A DNA stretch of 64,000 nt from Octopus vulgaris. Its lineage: Eukaryota. The stretch lies in the NCBI GenBank assembly GCA_951406725.2, contig OX597824.1, positions 30,070,001 through 30,134,000 of the forward strand. The letters run 5' to 3'. The position numbers were made by a program, and so were the translations under genes. The number at the start of each line of letters is the position of its first letter. Position 1 is the stretch's first letter. The notes under the pieces were generated by a model. That model had not been told where the DNA came from. It did not search any database and worked only from the letters and a program-made list of their open reading frames with translations. This document shows positions 62,715 through 64,000 of this stretch, in pieces.

Positions 62715-63048
62715 GATTTTCTTGAATTCAGTCCCACTGTGTGGCACCTTGGGCAAGTGTCTTCTATATAGCTTCAGGCCAACCAAAGCCTTGTGAGTGG
62801 ATTTGGTAGATGGAAACTGAAAGAAGGCCATCGTATATATGTATATGTTTCTGTGTCTGTGTTTGTCCCCCCAACATCGCTTGACAATGGATGGTGGTGT
62901 GTTTACATCCCTGTAACTATGCGGTTCGGCATAAGAGACAGAATAAGTACTAGGCTTACAAAGAATAAGTCCTGGGGTCGATTTGCTTGACTAAAGGCGG
63001 TGTTCCAGCATGGCTGCAGTCAAATGACCGAAACAAGTAAAAGAGTAA
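62715..63048 (+). mobile_element. SINE family A copy
   Basis: TTCAGTCCCACTGTGTGGCACCTTGGGCAAGTGTCTTCT...AAACAAGTAAAAGAGTAAA. Confidence 0.85.
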
Positions 63049-63049
63049 A

Positions 63050-63267
63050 CCTCATTCTCCATTCATATCATGTCCAAATATTGTAGCTGTTTTATGTTCA
63101 GAGCAGCCAGATCTGGCCTCTTGCACCTATCCTACAATGTCATTCTAAAAATAAACAATCCACATCATTGAAATCTCAAAGCTACTAGATAATGCATGAT
63201 TATTTCAAAACAAAGTGAATAAATAAGCATAACATTTGACAGAATAATCTGAATGCTAAAGGGTTAA
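63050..63267. mobile_element. piggyBac-type MITE, right portion
   Basis: Ends in GAATGCTAAAGGG|TTAA. The body aligns with the copy starting at 63871. The left TIR is absent and the copy abuts a SINE tail. Confidence 0.7.
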
Positions 63268-63870
63268 TTATGTCACTTCTTTCTGGATTCTTTTTTTCTT
63301 TCAATCTGAACATATTCCTTCCTATATACAATTTTCTTGACATCTTAATACAAAAATTGGTCCAATCCTATTAAGACATCAGAATAATGCCCTTAGTTTC
63401 TATTATTGCTTCCCATTGTGACTATTTTAGTTCTTTGGAAGATGCTTTAGATTCTTTTAGATGATGATAATGATGAAGAATATATCTTTTTCCATGTTGA
63501 TGGTGATGATGATCTTATTTTCTCTGTAAAATGGATTTCTATGCAAAGAGTACTATAAATGGATGTAAATATATTGTAAATCAAATGAAGGAGAGAGAAA
63601 TATTCAGAGATTAGCTAAAACATATTTGATGCTAAGATGGAGGTATTTCCTGTCATTTAATAAATTTAATCTAAAGGAAACAACAGTTAATTAGTAATTA
63701 GGTGCTAGAGTATTGTTATTGTTTTTTGTTTTTCTTTTATCTCTTTCGCAAGAGAGGGCCTATGAATCCTTTACTTTTTCAGAAGTACTCTGATACTAAT
63801 TATGGGAAGAAAGGAATTTATCTTAAGACAAAATACCAGGCTCAAATGCTTGCACCAGAGCAAACATTGC

Positions 63871-64000
63871 TTAACCCTTTAGCATTCAAACCGGCCATAT
63901 CCGGCCAAAATATTTAACCTGTTTTATATTGAAACTGACCAGATCTTGCCTCTCACCTCAACCCTACCATGTCATTCTAAAACTAAAAAATCACATCACT
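63871..64000. mobile_element. piggyBac-type MITE, left portion (runs off window)
   Basis: Begins TTAA|CCCTTTAGCATTC, the exact inverse of the 63251-63267 end. A TTAA target and CCC-termini are piggyBac hallmarks. Confidence 0.75.

Noticed and set aside
48842-64000. LRIG exon 3 candidates (acceptors near 49083, 57305, 60462 and 63782)
   Set aside because: None gives a phase-2 LRR-like open frame with a donor. Exon 3 probably lies beyond the window, though a manual scan can miss it.

Overview
This is AT-rich eukaryotic genomic DNA saturated with (TA)n/(CA)n/(TATG)n microsatellites and tRNA-derived SINEs. The repeat content fits an octopod cephalopod (Octopus-like), which is inferred from the repeat families and not proven. 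Almost all ORFs in the supplied track are microsatellite artefacts. The one well-supported gene is the 5' end of an LRIG-family gene (leucine-rich repeats and Ig-like domains) on the + strand: exon 1 CDS 16764-17062 (signal peptide + LRRNT cap), a 31.7-kb phase-2 intron, and a 72-nt single-LRR exon 2 at 48770-48841. The gene continues beyond the window. Upstream and head-to-head with it, a chain of unique-sequence islands with minus-strand splice signals (about 4.1-14.4 kb) suggests an unannotated or decaying multi-exon gene. Mobile DNA includes a complete non-autonomous Helitron, CR1- and RTE-type LINE 3' ends, piggyBac-type MITE ends, several SINE families and Penelope-like terminal fragments. 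One Penelope-like fragment carries an intact-looking minimal hammerhead ribozyme with a compensatory U3:A8 core. There is also a 265-bp near-perfect palindrome and a chimeric SINE insertion that copied nearby DNA. No prokaryote-type systems (CRISPR, operons) are present.
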